A DNA stretch of 64,000 nucleotides from a bacterium (GCA_021780535.1 JAJXYN010000012.1:69688-133687); one strand, 5' to 3'. Shown: positions 15,797-25,726, counted from the stretch's first letter. Translations and numbers: made by a program. Notes: a model not told the origin generated them from the letters alone.

Positions 15797-17707
15797 ATGT
15801 TTTTTAATAGAAAAGACGCTGTTAAGAGCAATCTTTATGATAGAATTATAGAAAAACAACTTCAGATTTATTTTTTCTTTGAAAACGAAGAAAAGAAACT
15901 GGGAATTTTTAAAAAATTTGTTTTGAATAATAAATATTTATTTATTATTTTTTTGCAAAAAAGTAATAGTAAAAAAATTAAATTAAAAAATGAACTCAAT
16001 ACTATTATCAAAAATGAATTAAATGTTGTTATTAATGATTTGCATAGTTATCAAAGTGAACTTGAACTTATAAAGAAAATTGCTATAGATTTTTTCCTTT
16101 TTGATAATAATGATATTGATGTATATCTTGATATTTATATTGCCAGAGAGATATTCTTAAAACTTCATGAGTATTATTATAATTATAATAATAGAACTAA
16201 GTATTTGGAAGTAAACTATTGGTTAATAAGGATATCTTATGCAGTTTCTGATCAACTAAAAGGGTTAGAATATTATTCAAATGCTGATTATTATTTGAAA
16301 TCTTCAGACGGAAGTGATCTTCTAGAAGAAGAAATTTATTTTATTATTAGAACCGTTGTTAATAAGACAAATATTCTTTCTCTCAGTGATGATGGTAAAC
16401 GTAAGTTAATGACTGAGTTTAAAAATCTTTTGGATATTTTTGAACGTTATGATTATTTAACTTCTGGCGAACTTGTTAACCGTGAGTTTTTAAACAGAAT
16501 TAAGTCTATATTGTTTTCAAATATTGCTGATTCTGGTTTAAGTCTTGCTAGGGTTGGAAAATTGGATGATAAAAATGTTGAATTAGTTTTGATGTTTGCT
16601 ACAAATGCTAAAAGATTTAGAAATCTTATGTCTAATAGTGATTCTATTTCTACAGCTGATATAGCACTTTCCGAAGCTATGTTTTATAATGGTAAGTATA
16701 AAACTAGAGAGGAATACACAGAAATTCTTAGGGATTTTATAAATAAACTTGAATCGGATCATAAAGTTTCTGATAATACAAAAGAAGAATTAATTGTTTC
16801 TATTGAAGAATTACTTTTAATTGAATGTCTTAGTAATAACGAGAACTCAAAGAAAAAGAAAAGAGAATTTTCTAAAAAATCTTTTGAACGAATATTTGGA
16901 TATATTTCATCTGCTAAAATGTCTTTTGATGGAATGTTTTTCTTTAATTATGTTAAGATTTATGTTGAGATGGTTAAAGATTTCCTTGATGAGTTTGAAA
17001 TAAGAGATGACATAATGGACATTATATTTACTTGTGACAAAAGAACGTATCTTCATATTTTGGAAGTTGAATTTATAAGCAAACCAATAATTGAAGAATA
17101 TATTGATGTTAACCCAGAATCTTTTATTGGTGTCTTTGATTTTTGTAATAATGTTGAAGATGTATATAGAAATAGAAAAGTTATTGTTGATAAGATTTTG
17201 CTGGCAGTTTCTTTGCATGATACTGGCAAAATTGCTATTTCTCAAATAGTTTCAAAGTCTATAACATTAACTGATTATGAGTTTGGAACTATAAAAACAC
17301 ATGCTAAATTGGGTTATGATTTAAATATTTCGTTTTCTAAATTATCTGCTGTTGTTGCTTTGTGTCACCATAAACCTTATGATCTTACTTTAAAAGGAAG
17401 GGATGCTGGGTATCCCGAATTTATCCCGGAGGAGCTTAAGAAGTATTTAATTGTTTCTCAAATTTGTTCATTAGCTGATTCTATATCAGCTGCTACGAGT
17501 GATGTATTGAGGGATTATAGCAACCCTAAGACTTTACCTCAAATAATTGATGATATTAGAATGAAGTCTGGCACTATTTATAATCCTAAGATTGTTACTT
17601 GTTTTGATAATCCAAAAGTCGTTGCCAAGATACAGAATATTATTACTAGAGTTAGAACTGATAAAATATGGAAGGTTCTTGCTAAAAATGAAAAAATTAA
17701 TTTCTAA
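15797..17707 (+). CDS. HD-GYP-type phosphohydrolase domain protein with large uncharacterised N-terminal region
   Basis: Strong SD AAGGAGG. C-terminal SLHDTGK and CHHKPYDL...GRDAGYP match the HD ... HHE...GYP pattern of HD-GYP domains. Confidence 0.5.
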   Translation: MFFNRKDAVKSNLYDRIIEKQLQIYFFFENEEKKLGIFKKFVLNNKYLFIIFLQKSNSKKIKLKNELNTIIKNELNVVINDLHSYQSELELIKKIAIDFFLFDNNDIDVYLDIYIAREIFLKLHEYYYNYNNRTKYLEVNYWLIRISYAVSDQLKGLEYYSNADYYLKSSDGSDLLEEEIYFIIRTVVNKTNILSLSDDGKRKLMTEFKNLLDIFERYDYLTSGELVNREFLNRIKSILFSNIADSGLSLARVGKLDDKNVELVLMFATNAKRFRNLMSNSDSISTADIALSEAMFYNGKYKTREEYTEILRDFINKLESDHKVSDNTKEELIVSIEELLLIECLSNNENSKKKKREFSKKSFERIFGYISSAKMSFDGMFFFNYVKIYVEMVKDFLDEFEIRDDIMDIIFTCDKRTYLHILEVEFISKPIIEEYIDVNPESFIGVFDFCNNVEDVYRNRKVIVDKILLAVSLHDTGKIAISQIVSKSITLTDYEFGTIKTHAKLGYDLNISFSKLSAVVALCHHKPYDLTLKGRDAGYPEFIPEELKKYLIVSQICSLADSISAATSDVLRDYSNPKTLPQIIDDIRMKSGTIYNPKIVTCFDNPKVVAKIQNIITRVRTDKIWKVLAKNEKINF

Positions 17708-17724
17708 TTAATTTTTTGGTTTAT

Positions 17725-17752
17725 AGCTCGCTGAAATATGCGAGCTTTTTTA
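17725..17752 (+). terminator. intrinsic terminator (AGCTCGC-loop-GCGAGCT + T5)
   Basis: Perfect 7-bp stem followed by a T run. Confidence 0.6.
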
Positions 17753-17849
17753 ATTTAATTATTAAATATAAGATTATTAATTAACAATAGACAATAAACT
17801 TTATAGATATTATACTTTAAAGATTATTAATTTGAATAAGTAAAAGAAA

Positions 17850-19016
17850 ATGAATATAGGTATTTTTACTGAAGCTTATTTCCCACAAATAAGTGGAGTA
17901 GCAACTTTGGTTGACGTTTTAGATAAAGAGCTTACTAAACTCGGTCATAACGTTTATATTTTTACAAATTACTATCCTGATACTATTGATGAAAATAAAA
18001 ATGTGTTTAGGCTTCCTAGTATTCCTTTTGTTTTTGATAAAGCTTGTCGTGTTGGTTCTTTCTATTCTCATAAGATAATGAAAGAGATTAAAAAAATAAA
18101 ACTTGATGTTATTCACACTCATACTGAGTTTTCTATGGGGTTGTTTGGCAGGATAGTTGCAAAAAAACTTAAAATTCCAATAGTACATACTTATCATACG
18201 ATGTATGGTGATTGGATAGATAGTTCTATAGGTAAAAATCCTGTTGGATTTGTTGCCTCAAATATAATATCTGACATTAGTAAGAAACATTGCAATTTTT
18301 GTTATAAGATTATTGCCCCAAGTGGAAAAATAAAAGAAGTATTAGAAGGTTATGGAATTAAAAAACCAATAGAAATAATTTCTAATGGAGTTAATTTAGA
18401 ACCTTTTATAAAAGCAAATGAAGAATACGATTTAGAAAAAATAAAAAAACTAAAAGAAGAATTGAATATAAATATTAATGATAAGATTTTATTAAATTTA
18501 GGAAGACAATCTAAAGAAAAAAGCGTGGATGTTATTGTAAGATCTTTACCAGAACTAATAAAAATTAGAAAAGATGTTAAATTTGTTGTGATTGGTGATG
18601 GTCCAGGAAAACAAGATTTAGAAAAATTAGTAAAAGATCTAAATTTAGAAAAGTATGTGATATTTCTAGGAAAAAGACCGAGACAAGATATAGAGAAATT
18701 TTATAAAATAGCAGATTTATTTATAACAGCTTCATTGTTTGAAGTTCAGCCAGTTACCGTTATAGAAGCGATGGCTGCTAAATTGCCGGTAATGGTTAAA
18801 AAAGATAAGGCTTTTGAGGGTGTGATTGAAAAGGATGTTACTGGATTTGTTTTTGAAAAAGATGAAGAATTGCCTTTGATATTGAACCAAATATTGGATA
18901 ATAAACTTTTATTAAATACTATTTCTAATAATGCTTTTGAAAAAATAGGTAATTTTTCTTCTATTAATTTTACAAAAAATGTTGAGAGAGTTTATTTTGA
19001 GGCAATAAAAAAATAA
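17850..19016 (+). CDS. glycosyltransferase family 4 (GT-B fold)
   Basis: N-terminal GIFTEAYFPQISGVATLV and C-terminal EVQPVTVIEAMAAKLPVMV, the GT4 E..EAMA signature. Confidence 0.8.
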   Translation: MNIGIFTEAYFPQISGVATLVDVLDKELTKLGHNVYIFTNYYPDTIDENKNVFRLPSIPFVFDKACRVGSFYSHKIMKEIKKIKLDVIHTHTEFSMGLFGRIVAKKLKIPIVHTYHTMYGDWIDSSIGKNPVGFVASNIISDISKKHCNFCYKIIAPSGKIKEVLEGYGIKKPIEIISNGVNLEPFIKANEEYDLEKIKKLKEELNININDKILLNLGRQSKEKSVDVIVRSLPELIKIRKDVKFVVIGDGPGKQDLEKLVKDLNLEKYVIFLGKRPRQDIEKFYKIADLFITASLFEVQPVTVIEAMAAKLPVMVKKDKAFEGVIEKDVTGFVFEKDEELPLILNQILDNKLLLNTISNNAFEKIGNFSSINFTKNVERVYFEAIKK

Positions 19017-19092
19017 TATTTTTTAATGCTTCTTCTTTTAAAATTAACAATTAAATATTATAATACTTAAATAACAAATTAATTAAAAAATT

Positions 19093-19710
19093 ATGAACAA
19101 GAAATTATTATTACTTTCTTTGATTATTCCGGTTATATTTATGGCTGGATGTACTAATAGTAATAATACAAATAATTCTAATAATAAAATAACTAACGAG
19201 AAGATGATACAACAACAAGATGTTAAAAATTCTATGGTTACTATAAATACAAATATGGGTGCTATTGGTCTTGAATTATATGCAAAAGATGCTCCAAATA
19301 CCGTTGCTAATTTTATAAAACTTGCGAAATCTGGTTTTTATGATGGTGTTAAATTTCATAGAGTTATTGAAGGTTTTATGATACAAGGTGGCGATCCTTT
19401 GACAAAAGATAATTCTAAAAAATCTTCTTGGGGTACTGGTGGTCCTGGATATAAGTTTAATGATGAAATTAATTCACACTTATTATTAAAGGGTGCTTTA
19501 GCTATGGCAAATTCTGGTGCTAATACTAACGGTAGTCAATTTTTTATAGTTACAGCTGATTCTACTCCTTGGCTTGATGGTAAACATACTGTTTTTGGTA
19601 ATGTTACAAGCGGAATGGATGTTGTTATGAATATTGAAAAAGTAAAAACAGATAGTAACGACAGGCCATTGTCAGATGTGACAATAAATAGTATAAAGAT
19701 AAATGAATAA
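19093..19710 (+). CDS. ppi: peptidyl-prolyl cis-trans isomerase, cyclophilin type, lipoprotein
   Basis: Lipobox [14 protein letters not shown] plus cyclophilin core [15 protein letters not shown]...GGPGYKF...SQFFI. Confidence 0.9.
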   Translation: MNKKLLLLSLIIPVIFMAGCTNSNNTNNSNNKITNEKMIQQQDVKNSMVTINTNMGAIGLELYAKDAPNTVANFIKLAKSGFYDGVKFHRVIEGFMIQGGDPLTKDNSKKSSWGTGGPGYKFNDEINSHLLLKGALAMANSGANTNGSQFFIVTADSTPWLDGKHTVFGNVTSGMDVVMNIEKVKTDSNDRPLSDVTINSIKINE

Positions 19711-19726
19711 ATTTTAAATTAAAAAT

Positions 19727-21016
19727 ATGGTTTCTATTAAAGATATTCCTAGTTTTTTAGGTAAAGAGGTTTCTATTGCTGGTTGGGTCTCTAATTTTAG
19801 ATCTTCTGGCAAAATCATGTTCTTACAATTACGTGATGGTTCTGGCTTTATGCAGGCTGTTGCACAAAAATCTTCTTTTTCTGAAGAAGAATGGTTGAAT
19901 TTAGAAAAAATTAATCAAGAAGCTAGTATTGAACTTACTGGTATTGTTAAGGAAAATACTAGAGATACATTTGGTTTTGAACTTTCTGTTTCTAAGTTTT
20001 CTATTTTAAATTATTCTAATGAAGATTATCCTATATCAAATAAGGATCATGGTGTTGATTTTCTTATGGATCATAGACATCTTTGGCTTAGATCTAAAAG
20101 ACAATGGGCAATTCTTAGAATTAGAAATACTATAATAAATGCTACTTATGAATTTTTTAACAAAGAAGGATTTATTAAAATAGATTCTCCTATATTAACT
20201 GGAAATGCATGTGAGGGTACTACGGAACTTTTTGAATTAGATTATTTTGATAGACCAGCTTATTTATCTCAATCTGGACAATTATACCTTGAAGCTGCTA
20301 TTTTTGGTTTTGGTAAATGTTTTGATTTTGGGCCAGTATTTAGAGCTGAAAAATCAAAAACAAGAAGACATCTTACAGAATTTTGGATGATGGATGCTGA
20401 AATGGCTTTTCATGATTATATTGATAATATGAGAGTGCAAGAAAGTTTAATTTGTTTTATATTAGAGAAAGTTTTGAAAGATAATAGAAATGAGTTGCAA
20501 ATATTAGAAAGAAATGTTGAAATTTTAGAAAAGGTTAAAGCCCCATTTATAATTAAAACTCATAAAGATGTTGTAAAAGAACTACAAGAAATGGGTTCTG
20601 ATATTAAAGAAGATGATGATATGGGAGCTGATGATGAAACTATGCTTACTAAAAAATATGATAAACCTATATTTGTTACAAAATATCCTAAAACGGTTAA
20701 AGCTTTTTATATGAAAGAAGATCCAGAAGATTCATCTCGTGTTCTTTGTTCTGATTTACTTGCTCCAGAGGGGTATGGTGAAATTATTGGTGGAAGTCAA
20801 AGAGAAGATGATTATGATAAATTGATTTCTAGAATAAAAGATCATAAGTTAGATCCAAAAACATTTGAATGGTATTTGGATTTGAGAAAATATGGATCTG
20901 TACCACATTCTGGTTTTGGATATGGACTTGAAAGAATAGTAACTTGGATTTGTGGACTTGAACATGTTAGAGAGTCTATTCCATTTGCTAGAACTATCCA
21001 GCGTTTAGAACCATAG
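19727..21016 (+). CDS. asnS: asparaginyl-tRNA synthetase
   Basis: Class IIb aaRS; motif FRAEKSKTRRHLTEFWMMDAEMAF closely matches AsnRS, and the C-terminal GYGLERIV...ARTIQRLEP fits. Confidence 0.8.
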   Translation: MVSIKDIPSFLGKEVSIAGWVSNFRSSGKIMFLQLRDGSGFMQAVAQKSSFSEEEWLNLEKINQEASIELTGIVKENTRDTFGFELSVSKFSILNYSNEDYPISNKDHGVDFLMDHRHLWLRSKRQWAILRIRNTIINATYEFFNKEGFIKIDSPILTGNACEGTTELFELDYFDRPAYLSQSGQLYLEAAIFGFGKCFDFGPVFRAEKSKTRRHLTEFWMMDAEMAFHDYIDNMRVQESLICFILEKVLKDNRNELQILERNVEILEKVKAPFIIKTHKDVVKELQEMGSDIKEDDDMGADDETMLTKKYDKPIFVTKYPKTVKAFYMKEDPEDSSRVLCSDLLAPEGYGEIIGGSQREDDYDKLISRIKDHKLDPKTFEWYLDLRKYGSVPHSGFGYGLERIVTWICGLEHVRESIPFARTIQRLEP

Positions 21017-21125
21017 AACAAAATTAAAAATTGAAAAACTGAAAAATTCAAAACAATTTTAAATACTAAATTTTAAATTTTAAAACAAAATACAAATAAT
21101 AGGTAGCGTTTTAAGATTTGGTCAG

Positions 21126-21155
21126 TTGACACTAGGGAGAATTTTATGATACAAT
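21126..21155 (+). promoter_or_regulatory. near-consensus sigma70 promoter (TTGACA-18-TGaTACAAT) upstream of infA-rpmJ-rpsM
   Basis: TTGACA at 21126-21131, TG at 21147-21148, TACAAT at 21150-21155. Confidence 0.5.
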
Positions 21156-21224
21156 TTTGAGAATGCTTATTACATTACGACGTGAATTTTTAATTAACCA
21201 TAAATTATACTAATCTAAAAATAA

Positions 21225-21440
21225 ATGAGTTCAGGCGATTTTATTGAGGTTGATGGGGTAATAACTGAATTATTGCCAGCTACAACTTTTAGGGTGAAAT
21301 TACCAGATGGGAGAGAAATCATAGCTTATCTATGTGGTAAAATGAGGAAAAATAATATAAAATTAATAGTAGGTGATAAAGTAAAATTAGAAATTAGTCC
21401 TTATGATTTAGAAAAAGGAAGAATTGTCTATAGAGCCTAA
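21225..21440 (+). CDS. infA: translation initiation factor IF-1
   Basis: S1-like IF-1 sequence ...[38 protein letters not shown]. Confidence 0.9.
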   Translation: MSSGDFIEVDGVITELLPATTFRVKLPDGREIIAYLCGKMRKNNIKLIVGDKVKLEISPYDLEKGRIVYRA

Positions 21441-21530
21441 AATTAAGCAAATATGTTTATTAACATATTGATTTATTTTTAAATTAATGTATAATTTTGT
21501 TTTATTGAATTGATAATTAAATAAAAAACT

Positions 21531-21647
21531 ATGAAAGTTAGAGCTTCTGTGAAAAAAATATGTAAAGATTGTAGAGTTATCCGTAGAGAGGGTCGTGTTT
21601 GGGTTGTTTGTAGTAAAAATGCAAAACATAAACAAAGACAAGGATAG
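21531..21647 (+). CDS. rpmJ: 50S ribosomal protein L36 (38 aa); below ORF-track cutoff
   Basis: [38 protein letters not shown]. Confidence 0.9.
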   Translation: MKVRASVKKICKDCRVIRREGRVWVVCSKNAKHKQRQG

Positions 21648-21716
21648 AATTTAGTGCCTAGTGCCTAGTGCCTGGTACCTAGTAAATGAAGACTAAATAA
21701 AGTAATAATTAAAAGT

Positions 21717-22100
21717 ATGATTCGTATTTCAGGTATAATTTTACCAAACAATAAAAGAATAGAAGTTGCTCTTACCTATCTTTATGGTATTGGGCCTACA
21801 AGATCTAAACAAATTTTAGCTGAATGTAATATTGATCCAAATCTTAGAGTTAAAGATGCTACAGAAGATCAAGCTAATGTTATTAGAGTTGCTACAACAA
21901 AATTTAAAGTTGAAGGCGATCTTAAAAAAGATATTTCAAGAAATATAAATTTAATGAAAGAAATTGGTTGTTATAAAGGATCAAGACATGCTAAAAGATT
22001 ACCAGTAAGAGGTCAAAGAACGAAAACTAATTCTAGAACTGTTAGAGGTAATAAGAGAGGTAGTGCTGGAAGTGGAAGAGTGGCTGCTGTAAAAAAGTAA
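21717..22100 (+). CDS. rpsM: 30S ribosomal protein S13
   Basis: MIRISGIILPNNKRIEVALTYLYGIGPTRSKQIL. Confidence 0.95.
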   Translation: MIRISGIILPNNKRIEVALTYLYGIGPTRSKQILAECNIDPNLRVKDATEDQANVIRVATTKFKVEGDLKKDISRNINLMKEIGCYKGSRHAKRLPVRGQRTKTNSRTVRGNKRGSAGSGRVAAVKK

Positions 22101-22131
22101 TTTAAAATAATTAACGTCTATACAAAATAAA

Positions 22132-22578
22132 ATGGCTGAAAAAGAAACAAAAAAAGTTGAAGCTAAAACATCTGCTTCAAAAAAACCTGTATCATCTACA
22201 AAGAAAGGTACTAAAAAAAGAGCTATAAAATTTATTAAAAAAGGTGTTGCTCATATTAACGCAACTTATAATAATACTATAATATCTATTTCTGATATGA
22301 ATGGTAATGTTATAGCTTGGTCTTCTGCTGGAATAAATGGATTTAAAGGGCCAAAAAAGGCTACTCCATTTGCTGCTTCTATAATAGTTGAAGATGTTTG
22401 TAATAAAGTAAAAAATTTTGGTCTTGAGGAAGTTAATGTTTTTATTAAAGGCGTTGGACTTGGAAGAGATGCTGCTGTGAGAGCTTTTAATGCTAATGGT
22501 ATTAATGTTACAAGTATTAAAGATATAACTCCAGTTCCTCATAATGGTTGTAGAAAACCAAAACCAAGAAGAGTATAA
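22132..22578 (+). CDS. rpsK: 30S ribosomal protein S11 (with Lys-rich N-terminal extension)
   Basis: HINATYNNTIISISDMNGNVIAWSSAG...KGPKKATPFAA. Confidence 0.9.
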   Translation: MAEKETKKVEAKTSASKKPVSSTKKGTKKRAIKFIKKGVAHINATYNNTIISISDMNGNVIAWSSAGINGFKGPKKATPFAASIIVEDVCNKVKNFGLEEVNVFIKGVGLGRDAAVRAFNANGINVTSIKDITPVPHNGCRKPKPRRV

Positions 22579-22608
22579 TAAAGAAGAATTAAATTAATTA
22601 TAAATAAT

Positions 22609-23205
22609 ATGGCGAATAAAATAGCTGCAAAAAAGACAAGAAGATTATTTGGGAAAAAAGGAAGCAAATCAGAAAGATTAAAAGCTGAAAGTGGCATCGT
22701 TAAAAGAGAATCAAAAAAAAGACTTACAGATTATGGTGAACGTTTTAAAGCTAAACAAGACTGTAAAAAAATTTATGGTTTAACAGAAAAATCTTTTAAA
22801 AAGTATTTTGATTTTGCTCAAAAATCTTCAGCTAATACAGAAGATATGTTTTTGATTTTGATTGAAAAAAGATTAGATAATACTGTTTTTGCGACTGGAT
22901 TTTTTAAGACAAGAGCTATGGCAAGACAAGTTGTGTCTCATGGTCATGTTTTGGTAAATGGTAGAAAACTTGATATTCCTTCTGCTCAAGTAAAAATTGG
23001 TGAAGTTATAACTTTAAAAATAACTGAAAAATTACAAAAAAAATTAGAAGACGAATTTAAAATGGATAAAAAAGAAATCAAATCAGCTGACCATGTTTAT
23101 TTTGAACCGTCAAAAATGGAAGCAAAAATTTTGAGAGATCCAGATGTAACTCCAATGAAAGAATTAGTAAATACTAGATTAATAGTAGAGTATTATTCAA
23201 GATAA
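22609..23205 (+). CDS. rpsD: 30S ribosomal protein S4
   Basis: S4 RNA-binding domain RLDNTVFATGFFKTRAMARQVVSHGHVLVNGRKLDIPS. Confidence 0.85.
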   Translation: MANKIAAKKTRRLFGKKGSKSERLKAESGIVKRESKKRLTDYGERFKAKQDCKKIYGLTEKSFKKYFDFAQKSSANTEDMFLILIEKRLDNTVFATGFFKTRAMARQVVSHGHVLVNGRKLDIPSAQVKIGEVITLKITEKLQKKLEDEFKMDKKEIKSADHVYFEPSKMEAKILRDPDVTPMKELVNTRLIVEYYSR

Positions 23206-23251
23206 TAATATTATAAAATAACTATTTAAAAAAGATTTAATATAATAAAAC

Positions 23252-24109
23252 ATGGAAAACAACATCCTATTGCCAGAGAAATTTCAAATTATAGAAGACA
23301 AAAACAGTTTATATTCTTTGGACTTGGTAATGGAACCTTTTCAATCTGGCTATGGCTTAACAATTGGTAATGCTTTAAGAAGAATATTACTTTCTTCTTT
23401 AGAAGGTTCATCTGTATTTGCTATAAAGATAAAAGGAGTAAAACATGAATTTGACACATTGTCTGGGGTTAAGGAAGATATGATAGAAATTATTATTAAC
23501 ACAAAAAACCTTGTTGTAAAATCATTTGCAAACGAACCTGTTGTTCTTGAAATAAAGAAAAAAGGTAAAGGTGAGGTTTTTGCTTCTGATATAAAAGCTA
23601 ATGCGGATGTTGAGATTTTAAACCCAAATTTAAAAATAGCAACAATTACTGATTCTAGCACTGAAATAGATATAAAACTTTGGGTGAAAAAAGGGTATGG
23701 ATTTTATCCAACCGAAGAAAGAAAAGAAGTTATAGATGAAGTTGGTGTTATCGCTATAGATGCTTTGTTCAGCCCAGTTGTGAATGCAAACTTTAAAGTT
23801 GAAAAAACTAGAGTTGGAGATATGGTTGATTTGGATAGAATTATTTTGTCTTTAAAAACAAATGGTTCTATTGGCCCAAGAAAAGCTATATTTGATTCAT
23901 TGGATATTTTAATGAAAAATTTAGAATTAATTAAAAACAATATCAACATTAATGATGACAAAGATGTTTTAGTTAGTTCTAAGAAAGTTGATCAAACTTC
24001 TGTAAAAAAAGAAAAATCTGAATCAAAAAAAGAAGAAAAGAAAACAATAAAAAAAACAACAGCCAAAAAAGAAGAACCTGCTGCAAAGAAGGCTAAAACT
24101 AAGAAATAG
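23252..24109 (+). CDS. rpoA: DNA-directed RNA polymerase alpha subunit; N-terminal domain only, with Lys-rich tail in place of the alpha-CTD
   Basis: Alpha-NTD motifs ...PFQSGYGLTIGNALRRILLSSLEGS.... The C-terminal ~50 aa are K/E-rich low complexity with no HhH alpha-CTD. Confidence 0.85.
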   Translation: MENNILLPEKFQIIEDKNSLYSLDLVMEPFQSGYGLTIGNALRRILLSSLEGSSVFAIKIKGVKHEFDTLSGVKEDMIEIIINTKNLVVKSFANEPVVLEIKKKGKGEVFASDIKANADVEILNPNLKIATITDSSTEIDIKLWVKKGYGFYPTEERKEVIDEVGVIAIDALFSPVVNANFKVEKTRVGDMVDLDRIILSLKTNGSIGPRKAIFDSLDILMKNLELIKNNININDDKDVLVSSKKVDQTSVKKEKSESKKEEKKTIKKTTAKKEEPAAKKAKTKK

Positions 24110-24124
24110 TTAATTTATTTTGAA

Positions 24125-24622
24125 ATGAGACATAAGAATAATAATAAAATTTTAGGTAGAGAAAAAGGACCAAGAAATTCATTATATAGAGCTACAGCCA
24201 CTAATTTATTTATTGCTGAATCTATAAAAACAACATTAGCTAAAGCTAAAGCTATTAGACCTTATACTGAAAAACTTATAACTAAAGCTAAAAGTGGTAC
24301 ATTGCATGATGTTAGAGAAGTTGTAAAAGAGATTCATGATAAAGATGTTGTTAAAAAATTATTTGGTGATATAGCCAAGAGGTTCACAAAAAGAAATGGC
24401 GGCTATACAAGAATAATTAAAACTGGACCAAGAATAAATGATGGTGCAGAAATGGCAATATTTGAATTAGTTGAGAAAGTAGAAAAAGTAAAGCCAACAA
24501 AAGAAATTAAAAAAGCTGAAAAGAAGGCTGAAAAAGTTGGAAATACTGCAAGAAAAGTAGAAAAGAAAGCTGCTTTTAAGACTAAGAAGGCTACAACTAA
24601 AAAAGAAGAAGTTGGTTCTTAA
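24125..24622 (+). CDS. rplQ: 50S ribosomal protein L17 (Lys-rich C-terminal extension)
   Basis: RHKNNNKILGREKGPRNSLYRATATNLFIAESIKTTLAKAKAIRPYTEKLIT. Confidence 0.9.
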   Translation: MRHKNNNKILGREKGPRNSLYRATATNLFIAESIKTTLAKAKAIRPYTEKLITKAKSGTLHDVREVVKEIHDKDVVKKLFGDIAKRFTKRNGGYTRIIKTGPRINDGAEMAIFELVEKVEKVKPTKEIKKAEKKAEKVGNTARKVEKKAAFKTKKATTKKEEVGS

Positions 24623-24703
24623 TTATTTAAAAGTTCCTAATGCCAAGTTCCAAGTTGAATGAGGTTTGTGGAAGATTAGAATATTAATGTTTATTTAAAA
24701 AAT

Positions 24704-25048
24704 ATGATAGAAAGAAAAATACAAAAAATTGATGCGACTGATGTTTCTTTTGGAAGATTAGCTACTAAAGTGGCAAATATTTTGAGAGGAAAGATAAAAA
24801 TTGATTACACTCCTCATATAGATAATGGTGATTTTGTTATTGTTGAAAATTTAAATTCAGTTAAAATAACTGGAGACAAAATGAACCAAAGAGAATATAT
24901 CAACCATTCTGGTTGGATTGGTGGATTAAGAAAGAGATTAATGAAGGATGTTTCAAAAGAGGAAGCTTTTAAAATAGCGGTTTTTGAAATGTTACCAAAT
25001 AACAAGACTAGAAAAGCTGTTATGAAGAGATTAAGTTTTAAAAACTAA
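24704..25048 (+). CDS. rplM: 50S ribosomal protein L13
   Basis: ...GRLATKVANILRGK.KIDYTPHIDNGDFVIVEN...KITG.K. Confidence 0.85.
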   Translation: MIERKIQKIDATDVSFGRLATKVANILRGKIKIDYTPHIDNGDFVIVENLNSVKITGDKMNQREYINHSGWIGGLRKRLMKDVSKEEAFKIAVFEMLPNNKTRKAVMKRLSFKN

Positions 25049-25057
25049 AAAACTGAT

Positions 25058-25495
25058 ATGCAAAAACAAGAAATTAAAAAACAAGATAAGAAAGAGATAA
25101 AATTTCCGGAAGGAAAATATCTTTATGCTGTTGGTAGAAGAAAATCTGCTATAGCTCAAGTTAGACTTTATAGTGGAAGAGGAAAATCTATTGTTAATGG
25201 AGTTGAGGCTGAAAAATATTTTGCAACTCCACTTATTAATAAAATGATTGAACCTTTGAAGCAAGTTTCAAAAGAAGGTGAATATGATGTTTATGTTAAA
25301 GTTGTTGGTGGTGGAACAAATGGGCAATCAGAGGCTATTAGACACGGAGTTTCAAGAGCAATATCAGAAGGTGATAAAGCTATTAGAACTACATTGAAGA
25401 AGTTAGGATTTTTAACTAGGGATCCTAGAGTAGTTGAAAGAAAGAAACCAGGTTTGAAGAAAGCTAGAAGAGCTCCTCAATGGGCAAAGCGTTAA
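25058..25495 (+). CDS. rpsI: 30S ribosomal protein S9
   Basis: YAVGRRKSAIAQVRL..G.G...NG... and C-terminal ...RRAPQWAKR. Confidence 0.9.
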   Translation: MQKQEIKKQDKKEIKFPEGKYLYAVGRRKSAIAQVRLYSGRGKSIVNGVEAEKYFATPLINKMIEPLKQVSKEGEYDVYVKVVGGGTNGQSEAIRHGVSRAISEGDKAIRTTLKKLGFLTRDPRVVERKKPGLKKARRAPQWAKR

Positions 25496-25561
25496 GCTTT
25501 GGCACCACAATTGGGAATATATCCCAAATTTATGCATTTTTCTAAAATCATATTTAAAAGG

Positions 25562-25593
25562 GACGTTCATTATTGTTATGAACGTCTTTTTTG
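25562..25593 (+). terminator. intrinsic terminator after rpsI (GACGTTCAT-loop-ATGAACGTC + T6)
   Basis: Perfect 9-bp stem followed by a T run. Confidence 0.65.
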
Positions 25594-25595
25594 TT

Positions 25596-25666
25596 CCTCA
25601 TGTGATTTTATCGGTGATAGATTAGTTACGTCATTACTTTTCTATCCCCGATAAAATCACACGAGG
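25596..25666. repeat. long imperfect inverted repeat (26-bp arms, ~19-nt spacer) at the ribosomal operon / accessory element junction
   Basis: CCTCATGTGATTTTATCGGTGATAGA ... TCTATCCCCGATAAAATCACACGAGG matches 24/26. The spacer contains TTACGTCATTA, an 11-mer shared with the palindrome of the 92-bp repeat. Confidence 0.6.
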
Positions 25667-25686
25667 CGATAATAGATTGCCTCCGA

Positions 25687-25726
25687 TAAAGACTTTTTAA
25701 ACTTATAAAGGTCTTTATTTTTTTAA
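25687..25726 (+). terminator. second terminator-like hairpin (TAAAGAC...GTCTTTA + T run)
   Basis: 7-bp stem with a T9 tract. Confidence 0.4.

Noticed and set aside
19727-21016. Aspartyl-tRNA synthetase instead of AsnRS.
   Set aside because: Motif 2 (FRAEKSKTRRHLTEFWMMDAEMAF) matches the AsnRS pattern FRAENSNTSRHLAEFWM much better than the AspRS FRDEDLRADRQPEF pattern. Residual uncertainty is acknowledged.
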